Positions 49,882-62,948 of a stretch of DNA of 64,000 bases are shown one piece after another (the first letter of the stretch is position 1; each line of letters begins with the position of its first letter). A program made the position numbers and the translations under genes. The notes under the pieces are model-generated. The model ran no database searches. It worked only from the letters and a program-made list of their open reading frames with translations, and had not been told where the DNA came from. Origin of the DNA: Vermamoeba vermiformis (lineage: Eukaryota); contig JBEWZL010000096.1 in the NCBI GenBank assembly GCA_045837725.1, positions 62,001 through 126,000 on the forward strand. The letters run 5' to 3'.

Positions 49882-52430
49882 CTACTTGTTTTGGGCAAAT
49901 AGCTTTTTCAGTTCATCGAGTACGATAGTCTCAGAACCGTTGACGCCTTTAACAGCTCTAGACGTTCAGTTAGTGATATCAAACCAAGGAAAGACTTGGG
50001 TTATTTACGTACTCATAAAGCTTCCTGACTTCTTGTCGAACCTCTTCTTCGTTCTTTGGAAGCGGAAAGCTGGCTTGTTTTAGCGCCTCTCCTAATATAG
50101 TATAGAACTCGTTAAGCAGGTGCGTAATGAAAAAGTTTTGAACGTACTTTGGGCTTCTTCTTCTGCCATGACTTTTGTTTCAGCCAGCGAATCAAGCAGG
50201 ACTTTATAATTTGCGGTGCCAAATAAAGCCATCAAACTGGCCTTTCGTAGCACTATAACCTCGACATTGGTGGGCAGAGGAAGCGTTGTGCTGCCCTCTT
50301 TGACGTGTAAGTACTCAAGGTTGTTTGTCACAGATTCAGTTTTGCCAGCTTCAATTTCTTGCATTAGCTCGTCTTTGATCTTATTATGCACTGATGCAAC
50401 GTAAATGAATGTTATTGGAGTATTATAAAGAGCTGCTGCTTTCGGATCCGTTCCTTCCTTGGGCTCGCGAACCACCTAGCAGACGAAGATTAGCCATAAG
50501 TGAGTATACTAACATTCGACTTATTTACCTCGTTGGAGTCAAGCTGAAGAAAAGGGCACTTTGCAACTTCTTTCGCTAATTCTTTCACGCTGAGGTCCTG
50601 CACTCCCGTCTTCACCTGGAAGCACAATAGATGCAGAGCACCCTCCTTCTGCAACACAAACATGCAATCGGGAGATTTCGACATCTGCACGGGCACAACG
50701 GGTCGATCAAGTTCAATAGCAGGTATTAAGTTGACCCAATCTGCTTGGCACATCGTCGGTTGTGGGGGCAGAGCACGCTTTCCTTTCTGCCACTGCTGCA
50801 GTGCCTCCGTGTTTAATGTCTTCTTGCCCGTTTTGCGCACGAGTGGAATGACTTGAGGAAGTGCTGCGAATTCAACCCTCAGGTCTGCAATAGCTGAGTT
50901 CTGCAAGAAGCACCATTGTTGGCCCAAAGTTCCGCCACGCGTGCTGGCATCTACAATGGTGCGAACAACAGCTTTTTCTGCCTCGTACCATTTTAGAGAG
51001 TTTCCATGAATCAATTTGAATACGTCGCTGCTTGGATTGTCATACTCGAACTGTCCATGAATATAACTCGACGTTGAGATCGAATACGGCTGGTCCGCAT
51101 GCAAGAGAGGCATGATTTTTGAGCGCTTAAGCCTTGGTGGAGTACTGATGGAGTTCTATACATAGAATAAGCAACAAAATAAATTGTAAATCAAAGTTAC
51201 CTTCAGTTCCGACATAGCATAAGCTTTCTTCTCTCCGTCAGATCCTGATCGGTAACGGCCAGAAAACTGAATGTCAAACCCCAAAATGGCTGCTGCATCC
51301 AACAGAGGAAGATTAGCCGCCAAGTACATGCTGCTATAGATTTGCGCATTTGTCTGCGCCAAGCTAAAAAGGGTGTAAAAATAGCCGTAGAACGGCTTGA
51401 ACTCAGTCCTCTTCCAGAGGGCCATGCGTTGTAAAATTTGAGCGTATGGCTCGCCTTTCACATCAGATTCGAATACTGATGGGAATCGCTTGCAGAATTT
51501 CCAGTGACTCGGCTTCAGCGAGTAAGCCCTACGATTGGTTAGAGACGAAACAGTAATTGAACAAATAACATACCCAATTGGCTTGTCGAGCAAAGGAAGC
51601 ACGATATGCCTAATTTTGCATCGATATCTCGCCTCTAGCGATTGTTGACGGAGACCGTAGATCGGCTTCATAAAGAGGACCAGGCAATTGTTCGTCTCTG
51701 CATTTTTTGCAACAAACTGCTCCAACTTGGTGAGATTACGCCCAGTGGGAACGTCCATGTCTCGCATGTCGATTAGAAAAATTTCTTCCGAGAGCTCAGT
51801 ACCGGTCAACAATTTTTCCACCGAGACTTGGTTGACGATACGGACGCTTTCCTTGAAACGAGAAGATATGCTTGCAATATGTTCCTTAAACATCGCTCTA
51901 TCAGACTCGGGCACATCTTCGATTTCATCGTCAATAAAGTTCAGATCCAGCTGGAGCAACGTTTGAAGGTACAACGGCGTCATACTTGGCTGGAAGTTGA
52001 CGATAAGGCGGTTGATATAGTTTGGCCTTTCAAGTTTAAGGAGGCGTCGAGCCCACGTTTTAAGCAAAAAACTAATGATGCAACTTGATTTTGTTCTCTT
52101 CGTTCTGATCTGCAAAAGTCGGTTATTCCGCGCGAAGTTAACTACAAGCTCCTTGCCTCTCTCCTGCTCCCTAGTTAACGGCAATGGTGCAAATTGAACG
52201 GATAGCTTCTTTTTGACAAAATATTGAGGTCTTGTATTGTTAATTAAAGTGAGGTACAGAAGCGTAACAAAGTCTCGGGTTAACCCGCGAAAATTAAATT
52301 AAATTTAAGGGTATTGATTATGCATGGTTACGTACTGTTTTAGAATAGACCGTGGGTTCGCAGGCACATTTTCTTCACGAGCAACTAAATGGACATCTGG
52401 CGCGCAGGAGTTGTTTAGCTCTGAGCTCAT
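49882..52430 (-). CDS. Crinkler-like protein with C-terminal PD-(D/E)xK restriction-endonuclease-like domain
   Basis: SKSPDCMFVLQ...LLCFQVKTG...ELAKEVAKC fits a PD..QxK nuclease motif, preceded by GTLGQQWCFLQNS. The N-terminal half has no recognisable family. The splice model is approximate. Confidence 0.55.
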
Positions 52431-52833
52431 GTCTACTACTTTTAGCTGATAATCAATATAAATTCGCCGTAATTATAAATAGTAATACAGAATCAAGCAG
52501 TTGAATTATTTAATTGTTTTTAATTTCGTCTATAAATCGAGAATAAATATTAGTATCAATTTTCTGCTCCGAGATTCAAGTTCTAGTAATTATAAAGTTT
52601 TTTTAAAAAAATGTCGAAAAAAAATCCAACTTAACTCACTTGTTCCTCAGCGCTGGTTCCGGCTACCAAGTAACAGCTGAATCCTCGTGAATGGCAATAC
52701 CACTATACATTCGTATGCTGCTTAAACGAGCACTTTTGTTCGTAAAATGAGCAAAAAACAAAATTAACCATAAATTATACAACTTTATTTAGCGCCTTCA
52801 AAGCGATTAATAATATAAATGAGACTAAGTAGA

Positions 52834-55800
52834 TTACAGTAATTTGAAGTGATCGGGCAGTTCAGGGGCAAAGTGCTTAATGCCAGGCGTCTTCATTATT
52901 CCATCGCGCCACATCTGTTGAGTAGCGTTGCCGGCTGCATCAGTGTACTTAGCCTTGCCGTTCTTTCTATTCTCTTTCCATTCGCCTTCAAAGATACTGC
53001 CGTCCTTGCCTTTGAAAATGCCGTTTCCGTCACGCTAAACAAAAAAGCTGATCAGCACATCCGTTCGGTTTGAGCACATCACCATATCATCTCCTTACCA
53101 AATCATTCTTCCATTCGCCTTCATAGACGCCCAGAGCGGTCTCGTATTTGCCATTGCCATGTCGCATACCATTCTGCCAGTCACCAGTGTACTTCGTGCC
53201 GTCAGCCCAGACCATGGTACCTTGACCGTGGAACTGATCTGAGACCCAATCACCTTGGTACCAGCAACCGTTCTTGTACACGATCTTGCCTTTGCCTTCT
53301 TTTCTGTCGTGCAAGAAGTCGCCTTCATATCGCGAGCCGTCGACGTCAACAAAAACTCCCTTGCCGAATTTCTGTGACACGCATTAGATCCGCAATACAA
53401 CTATCTAAAGATCTTTCGTAGCCTACCTTGCCCTGGTGGAAAGTTCCTTCGTACTTCTGGCCTTCAGCACCGATCCAAACTCCGCTGCCTTCGTATTGAG
53501 AAGCAGCCCAAGTTCCTTCGTACGATGAACCGTCAGGCAAAATTTCCTTGCCTTGACCGTATTTCTAAATTAAGAAAGTGTTAGGTATGTAACACGTGGT
53601 ACACAGGTGCTCTTGTGCCTTACCTTGCTCTCCTTCCAGTTACCGACGTAAGAGTATCCAGCAGCACCAGTCAACGTGCCCTTGCCGTGACGAGCATCAT
53701 CGCGCCATTCTCCGTCGTATTTTTCCTTGCCAGTGGCACTAGTCCAAACACTATTAAATGGTTAACAAACGAGGTCCGTGCGAGTATCTAAAGTGCAGTT
53801 ACGTACCCGTCGCCGTTCTTCTTGTTCTCGACGAAGTCACCCTCGTAAACTTCGCCGGACAGCAGTGTCAACTTGCCCTTGCCGCTGCGCTTGTCATCAA
53901 CCCACGCGCCTTCGTATCTAGCATAGATCATTAGCATTAGTGGACTCATGTAGAGAGTGTTAGCTCGTGACTTACTTGCTTCCAGCGAAGGACAAGAAAG
54001 TGCCAGTACCGTGTCGCTTTCCTTCTTTGAACTCGCCCTCGTAGAACGAGCCATCAGCGAAAGTAAGTTTGCCCTTGCCGTGCATAACGTCGCCTTGCCA
54101 AGATCCAACATAGACATCGCCGTTCTCCCAAGTCATGGTACCTTGACCAGACTTGCGGCCAGTTTCCCACTCGCCGTCGTAAACTCCGTTCTTGGTGAGC
54201 AACTTGCCCTTGCCGTGAGGGACGTCGAATCGCCATTCGCCTTCGTACACATCACCACCGCTAACCACGCGTTAGTCTTCTACTTGACGGTTATTAAGCT
54301 GAGTTACTTACGCGTATTTGGCGACACCTTGGCCAAACATAATTCCCTTGTCAAAGAAGCCATCGAATATGCTGCCGTTCTTGGACTTGTAAACACCTTT
54401 GCCGCACATCTTGGCACCCTTCCATTCTCCTTCATAAGAGCTGCCTTCGGAGAAAGTGAACTTGGTAATACGAGTCTCGGGATCGTCTTCCTTCAACCAG
54501 TTGTCCTTTTGGTTTCTCTTGGTCGTGAGCAAGAAGTCCTTAATAGCCTTATCGACTTCTTCGAACCACATCTTCTTACTGTCAACATCAGCAGCAGTAA
54601 GAACGATCGAGTTCTCGGGAGTGAGGACTTCGAATGAAGCTACAAGAGGATTGTTAGTGACCTGCAAATCATTTGCACTAGTCAAGACTTACTTGGTGAG
54701 ACTTCGCTCGAATCTTTAACCCAAGCAATATCGAACTTGATTGTTGACTCGATGACTTTCTGACTCTTGTTTTCACCAACAAAGGCGATCAAGTCGTTGA
54801 ACAAAAGAACGTAGTCGCAGTCTTTCTTGACGGACTTGACGTTTGACTCTAAGTCTCCTTCTAGCAACAGTTGACGGTGAGGTGCCATCAATGCCTGAAT
54901 ATTCCATGAGAACCCACGCTGTTATGCATACACATAAGTAACGACGTACCTCAATACCACCAAAGTTCTTCTTGATAAGATTCTCCAACATTCTGACACG
55001 CTCAGCTTCACGTACACTCTTGTTGACAATTTCAGCGATTTCAGCAACCATCGTCAAGGCCTTGTGCAGGTTGGCGTAGTCAGGGTGTTCTTTAGGCGTT
55101 TTATTCACAAGTTCCTATCAGTGAGTGAGCTATAAGAACGCTATAGGAGATGGTGCTCTACTTACACGTAGCAAAAGCATATATCGAGGAATGCGTTGCA
55201 CGGGCATGATCAAGAAGAAGGGCAAGGTGAAACCACCACAAGCAGCTTCGGCAGACTTGAAGAAGCTAGCAAGACTCTTCTTGGCTCGAATTCGCTCGTA
55301 GACTGCAATAGCCTTGTCGTAGTTATCGCAGTATGTCTTGTAGGTCTTCAAGAACGGACCCAATTGCACGAAGATATCACCGATGATGGTCTTCGTGTCG
55401 TCCCACTCCTTCATTCGTTGTTGCAAGTTCTCCATCAAGTTTCTGTTGAAGATTCTGATCGAACCAATGTTAGCAAACAACGTTCGGCTGTCTTCTTCCG
55501 AGATCATCTTTTTGTTTTCCATAGGCTCGATCCATTTCTAATGTAAGACACAAGTTAGCACGTGTACGCAACTCGATTCGTAGTTTAATATTACCTCGTG
55601 GAGCTTGTCCAAACTAGCTACGTAACTAATCTCGGTGCTGAGCATTTCCTTCGCTTGCTTAGAACGAAGTGACTCGCCTTCAACGATGCCGGGCATTTTT
55701 GGAACAGACTGAGAAGGGGTGCTGTTTTGAGTGAACTCGCCAGAGGCTGCGGGACTGTCTGACAAGTTTTGACTCTTTCTCTTGCTCGGGTCTTTCTTCA

Positions 55801-57456
55801 CCTTCTTCTTGTCAAGCTCGCCGGAGTTGTTAATGCTCGATGAACCGCTGTCTAAATTCTTTGATGATCGCTTTTCAATATCAACTGAATCTCGCGTTGA
55901 CTTTCGTTTCAGCTCATCACTGTCTTTTCTCTTATCTTTGTCTTTAATCTCTTTCACTTTGCCTCCGTCAGTCGAATCTCGCTTTGATTTGCGGTCTAAC
56001 GTGTCTCTTGATTCTCCTGGCGACGAAGATACTTTTTGAGCATCGACTAAATTTTTCGAATTCTTACGTTTTAAATCACGGGAACTTGGCCCACTATCAG
56101 TCTTGTCCTTATCTTTCTTATCCTTGTCTTTATCTTTTCCCTCTGAATCTTTGCCTACATCAAAATCTTCTCTCTTTGATGGCTTTAATGTCCCGGTCTT
56201 CTTATCTGACTTCTCTGAATTCTTTCGCTTAATCTTTCTTGTTGTCGGTGATTCAATTGGCGGTGGAATAGCAACATCGTTGGGAATTGGCGGAGGCAAA
56301 GGAGCTACGAAAAAGCGTTAGAATACGGATGCAAATGATAACATCGATAGGTCCTACTGTCAAGTGGGGGTGGCACGTAAGAAGGTGGCGGAGGATTGCT
56401 GAGTGGAGGTGGCGGTTTGGATGTGAGTGCGGCGTTTTCACCTAGTGTTCTAGGCGACTCTGGCAATTTAGGGCTAGCCAATGGCGAATCTGCGCCTCGA
56501 GGAGTATCTAATATGCAACAATTTTAGTTTGTAAGACCGTAATTAAGAAGCTACTTAAAACTAATCCAACCGCGATCAGACCGAAAATTATACGGCGATC
56601 ATAGAGATCATATAAATATCTAGATATATTTGCTACGGCTATAATTTCGATAATTAAATTTTAATATCTATAAATGGAAACAATTAATTTGTAGTTATTG
56701 ATCTAATAGCCAATTAAACTGTGAATCGAATTGAGTTGTATCATAATTTCTAAAATATGTAATTATTAAAAAAGAATATTTCGCGGGTTTAGCCTCCATT
56801 ACAACGAAAAATCTCGAGTTGAATCTGGCAATTTACCTTCGGGCAAGTTTGCCATGGCGTCAATTGCGGTTTGAAATTCTGTTACAAATTGATCGGCTTC
56901 TTCATCTGTATTAAAATTGAGGCCATAGACGGCCTCCTCGTCTTTCCACTGTACGAACTTTGAGGTTGCTTTTTGGTAAACGATATCCGCTACCACAGAT
57001 GCATTCAATACAAACTGTGATTAAATATGTTAGTGCTTGTATTTAATTTACATAATTTCGATTAATTATTTGAATTTGCAATAGATGAGCTTGGCCATCC
57101 CTTTTGGAATCAGGCCAGAAGAAAATAAATCACCAATAAAAAAATAAGAATAATGCTGTAAATATTAACCTCTTGATTATCTTCTCTGCAGCCAACAACT
57201 CTGTAAGAAACGTAAACTGTATGTTTCATTAACCAGATTCGACTGGAACCTCCATCTATTTGCTTCCAGTTTCCTTCAGAATGCTGAAAAACGCCAGCAC
57301 GACACGACAAAACGGCCTCTTCTTCGCTAAAAAATTAAATAATCGTCAATACAGTGCTAATAATACTGACTACCGCATCCAGATGGAATTGGCGGTTCAC
57401 AAGTTACTCAAATTATCGATTACTGTCATTTCCTCATTCATTTATACGAACCTCAT
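52834..57456 (-). CDS. EVH1(WH1) - Pro-rich - RhoGEF (DH) - PH - MORN-repeat protein (alsin-like core)
   Basis: EVH1: MS|EEEAVLSCRAGVFQ..GNWKQ..YRVVG..FVQWKDEEAVYGLNF. DH: EMLSTEISYVASL..FLIMPVQRIPRYMLLL. PH: LLFND..KKMWFEEV. More than 10 MORN repeats (YEGEW..G..HGKG). Confidence 0.9.
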
Positions 57457-57751
57457 TTTATGCCAAGTGTGTTATTGATGGCGCGATTTAAAATTCAATA
57501 AAAATAAAACGGTGTGGACTATTTCGAAATAACCCGCGCAGTACAACCGACAGCATAAGGCCGCAACTATAATTGAAATTAGCCTCTAATGATTATTGCA
57601 TTCTTATATTTAGCCATGAGAACCGTTATTTAGCGCTAATTTTCGAGTTGCACTGCAACGAAAGAAAACGGATCGGAATCACAGGTAAATTCAAATTAGT
57701 GAGAGAATCTTCTTCGTGAAAACTATTTCACACGCTATATTACAATAACTC

Positions 57752-59827
57752 TTATTTTTGGCGACGCATTTCTTTTAGCTTGATTTGGATCTCGGCAACT
57801 TTTTCTTTCGTTAGAGGGTAAAACCAGACCAGCAAGTAGCTCAAGCCCAACAAAGCTGCTGGAATTGCTCCAAGCATAATTCGCAATGCCATGAGCACGC
57901 TATCGGGTTGATAGTCCTTGGCACCAGGTTCATCGTTCGGATTTATGTAACCTGCGAAACTTAAAATGTATGATGATGATGCTAAGGCCTGTAAAGATTC
58001 AAAATCAGTTAGCATTAATATAAGCGATCGCCTGTGTACGTACCACTGCAATACCAGCCCGCTGGAACAAGACGAAGATGCTGTAGAACACTCCTTCTCG
58101 TTTCAGACCCGTGTCCAACTCGTCCTGATTGATGACATCTAGATAACATTAATTAACAACGCGACAATTATTTATAGACAGCGCGACATACCGGGTAAGA
58201 ATGACCAAGGAATTAAAATAGCTGAAAACAAAATAATTAGTTCACGCGATCCAACAAGAAGTTGATTCTAGCCTACCAATTCCGATGCCCACACCAGCAG
58301 ATACACCAAGAGCGTACAACAGAATTAAATTGGCGCCATCTGGCAAGAATAACATGCTGAGCACGGCTAGGATCAAGAACAAAATTCCGATGTAGTACGT
58401 CTTCTGTTTGCCGAGCTTGTTCGATACTTTAGACCACATAACAGTAGAAACTGCACCTACGGCCTATGCATAATATCTTTAGCTCAGTTCTGAAGTAATA
58501 ACGAAAAGTTAACGATTGATCTTACCTGTACGATTAAGATGAACCACTGGAAATGATTGTCGCGATGCAAGACGTAAGTCATATAGAGCAACAAGTTATT
58601 TTGAATGAAGTTGATCGAGCACAAGCACAAGAAGTACACGCTCATGGCAATCACAAATCCTCTGTTCTTGAAGGTCGTAAAGACGGTCACAACTCCGTTC
58701 CACGCACGACGCAAGCCTGATTCAGAAGTGACTTCTTCTATAGTATCAGGCACCTTCTTGTCTTTGATGAATAGGGAGTACGCTACTGGTCCCGGGATCA
58801 GCGACAAACCAATCACGATGGCACTGACGAAGTAACCTATTTATCACAAATGAGATCACGTGACCTTGCAAATTAGGCAACATCATGCCACTAACCTTTT
58901 TTGTAATCAGCTACTTCGGGATTTGATTCGGAAGGAAAAGCAGCGATCAACATTGAGTGGCCGAATGTCGCTACAATGCCCCACAGAGTGCAGGTGAATT
59001 GTCTAAATGTCGTTAACTCGGTAGCTTCATCGTAGCTGTTTGCGAGTTCAGGGGTCATAGCAGTAAACGGCACGGAGATACACGTATCTAAAAAGTGTGT
59101 TGATCAGATCCACATCCTCAATGACATTTCGAATGACTATTACGTACCGAATGTATTCAATAACATTAACATAAGCAAATAGTACAAGAATTGAAGTGTT
59201 TGATTTTCTATTGGTGGAACTTGCCACAAAGCGAAATAAGCTGCGGCGTACGGAATTGCCGACAACAAGATCCACGGCTAAAAATCAAATAGTAAATCGT
59301 TAATATTGTTTTATGAATATTAGAGAACTGTTGGTATTATATATTACCCTTCGACGGCCCCATCGTGATTTAGTGTGATCTGACAACTTGCCGACGATTG
59401 GATGCGCAATCGCGTCCCAAACCTGGCCGATCAACATAATATTTCCGACCTTTATAATAAGTTTATGTTACTAATCGCATCGATCGGTATTAAAGTCTCT
59501 GGGTAATAAAGTACCAAAACCGGATGGACGTTAGCCACTTCAAGCAAGAACACAGTGAAATAAAACCCTTCTACCATCTTAACTGCTTGAATACCAGTCT
59601 CGCATATGCCATATAACTATATGAATCGATTAAATATGCAAAAATTCAAAATTCGAAAAAAAAATAATCCTCTAAATTTGCGTAAATAAAGAATTAATCG
59701 CTTCATGTGATATTGAGTACCAACGTTTACGTACCATTTTTTGCCTCTTGGATAATCTCTGCTCTGAATGCGCTGGCAAGCCTCCATCAGGCATTATTTC
59801 AGATTCAATCAATGGCAGGTTTTCCAT
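57752..59827 (-). CDS. GPH-family MFS transporter (MFSD2/MelB-like)
   Basis: IGQVWDAIAHPIVGKLSDHTKSRWGRR; VPFTAMTPEL; DVINQDELDTGLKREGVFYS; ALRIMLG; FYPLTKEK. Confidence 0.88.
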
Positions 59828-60031
59828 GGTTATATTACAGTCTATAAACTAACAAATAAATATTTATACAGATAGCATGCTTATATCAAGAAAGATGCTT
59901 CGTTGTGTCTCTAAGATCACGAACAATAAACTGCGTTGAGCACTTTTGACAGTTCATTTTTATTTATCATCGAAACGACCACCTGTCCTTATATTCCTTC
60001 AATAGCCTAATAATAAACTACTTGAGGAACT

Positions 60032-62707
60032 ATGGCGGACACAGTGCAACGCAGTTTGGAACAGATGATCCCCGAGTTGGAAGATCTCCAAGTCGCGGGA
60101 GTCTTTTCGAAGGTAAACTGTTTCGAAAAAATATTACATTAATAGTAGATAATTTTGGATAGTTTAATTATTAATTTCTCGCCAAACTTAAATCCAAATC
60201 GCGATCTAATCCGGTTGTCACTCGCAGGAAGAAATCAAAGCCATTGTACAAAAAAGAAGAGATTTTGAATATGGTATCAAGCGTATTGAGAAAGAGAAAG
60301 TCGACTTCTTGCGATACATCCAATACGAGCTGAATCTCGAACAATTAAAGAAAAAACGAATGAAACGCTTAGGTACGTAAATTATTATAATGCTGATGTT
60401 AACGAATTATTCTTCTGAATTTTAGCTCGAGCTAGGATCTGACTAATTGATTAATTTTCTAGGTGTTAAAATATTGGGCCGTCATGGTGAATTTGGCGGC
60501 ATTGGTCGCATTCACACATTATTTAGACGAGCTTTAAGAAAATACAGAGGTGACATTCGCTTCTGGCTTCAAGTAAGTTCGTTCAGAGCTGATAACGTGA
60601 CTTGGTATCTAACGACCATCTCAGTATATTGAATTCAGCATTAGAAGTGGCAGTGCTCGTGCTCTTAATAAAACTTTCGCCGAGTAAGTCAAGACCAGAT
60701 CGCGTGCAACGACCAATTGGTAACAATCTCTTTCTACAGGGCCCTTCGCTTGCATACTCAAAATGCTCAATTATGGATCTTAGCAGCGTCCTGGGAATAT
60801 GAACAAAACAACAATATTCTTGCTGCACGAGGTAAGTCGCCACATTCGTCCAGATCTGCAGATCTAACACGAGTTTTCAGTACTGATGCAACGAGCTATC
60901 AAAATTATTCCGCGCTCGTCCTTACTTTATGTTGAATACGCAAGACTCGAGTTAATATATCGAGACCGCGTCAAGGATAAGATGAAGTTAGGCGACAAGA
61001 GCCTCAAGTTTAAACCCAAGGGCAACTCAATTGATATTAGTGCGGTGCCCGAGACTGCCCAACAAGCCGATCAAATGGATGTGGAAAATGAAGACGACAA
61101 TAACGAGTTTTACGCCGAGGAGAACCCTGAAGAAGGAAATAACGACGGCAAAGCGGAACATTTCATCTCGGTTGGTGACGAGAACAAAGTCGAAGGAGAT
61201 CCGGCTCACGGAGATCGCGCCAAGTTGTTAGAAGGCAACCCTTTCCTCGAGGGTGCTATTTTGAGAGTGATTTTCAAGAAAGCAACCCATGGTAAGTGAA
61301 ATAGACTCGGTCGTTACGCGTGATCTGCGACTGATCTCTCAACTTTTAGAAATTCCTGACGATTTGGAAATGAGAAAGAACTTCATCAATGTACTTCGTC
61401 TGTTCAATGATACCGAACACCTCATCGACGAAGTTTACTCTGGAATTGCTAAAGACTTCGCTAAGAACGATGATGCGCTCCACTACATTGCTGAACGACC
61501 GCTAGCTCACTTTGAACTTTCTTCGAAGCAACCGACTGCCTCAGCTATTGCCAAGGCCACTCATAACTACCAGCAAGTCTTGAAATCGCACCATTCAGCC
61601 GGACTGCTGGAGTACTACATGGTTTTTGTCGAGACCAGCTCCCACATTATGGACGACGCTACAAAGGCCAAGGTCAAAGTATTCGTTGATAGTCTCACTC
61701 TCGACAATGTCACTTCGTACCCCATCAACGAGGCGTGTGCCATTCTTTTGATCAAGTTTTTGATCGAAGCCAATGCTACAAAACAAGCCGTTCAGTACGC
61801 CTTCAAACTTGTGAACGAGCACCCAACTATCTCAAAGAGCAATGGTGTATGGACTCTATTGTTTGGCTTCTTAAACAAGCTGCGTGAATCCGCGAGCTCG
61901 ATGTGTAAGTACCTCTATTAGTTAGTTTGTCACCGATCTAAATGCGTGCTTCAGCTTGGACGGATCCTGAGGTGGTTAAGTCTGACGAGGATATGGCCAG
62001 CCTATATAGAACTGCGTTGAAATCCGTGGATAAATCCTCTACTGCGCCTATCTGGGACTCTTACTTGACTTTCTGCTTTGAAACTAAGATGCCTTTCGAA
62101 GAGCTTCAGGCCATCTTCCAAGTACGTTAAAAGCTATACTGTTACTATATTTAGAGCTATCCTAATCGCACACCATGTTTAGAAAGCCATTGACTCTCGC
62201 TCCGTTGGCTTAGAGAAGGTGAAAGAAGACGTTATCGGAAAGGCCATTGAGTACTTGACCACCGAGCAGATCCGTGACTTGTACCAAAGGTATGTCCTTG
62301 CCTTACTCGGGCTCGTGATCATCGAAATCTAACCACTGGTCACAGGGCCTTGTTTACTAAGCCATGGAATATCTCCTTAATTGATCGCTGCCTCGACTAT
62401 GAGGAGTCAATTCTACCGGATGTAAACAACAAGAGCAACTCCGTTGATTACAGCAAGATTCGCGAACTTTACGAGAAAGCCGTTGGCGAGTATGGCGTTT
62501 CATCTCCTGGTAAGTACCATGGTACAGATATGATAGCTAACGGTACTAACCCTCGTGCCATCAGAACTCTGGCTCCGGTACATTACTTGGGAAAACAGCA
62601 TTGGACAACTTCAAAAAGGCACTGCATTGTACTGGCGTGCGATGAAAACCGTCAAGGATGCTTCGACATTCTCAACACTGCATTCCCAATACATTAACAC
62701 GCAATAA
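60032..62707 (+). CDS. UTP6: U3 snoRNA-associated protein 6 (HAT repeats)
   Basis: MADTVQRSLEQMIPELEDL...EEIKAIVQKRRDFEY..DFLRYIQYELNLEQL; ALRLH..LWILAASWEYE; ELWLRYITWE..LYWRAMK. Confidence 0.93.
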
Positions 62708-62948
62708 AGATCTGAATCTGATCGAACAAACAGAGACAAGTTAATGAAACTCCAATAATCTGCAATACCAAATTTCTGTTCGGATAATGATGAAAATTGT
62801 GTACGCGGTCCAATTAATCGAAAAGATACGAAGAAGGAGTCTCGCCTTTTTGGAATTCCTCTTAGGTCATATGACTAAACAAGAACTTAAAATTCATGAA
62901 GGCGATTTGATTTTGTTCAAACTCTCACACACCACACTACAACACAAC

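Noticed and set aside
53000-54460. Regularly spaced repeats as a possible CRISPR or DNA tandem array
   Set aside because: They are protein-level MORN repeats with degenerate codons, interrupted by introns.
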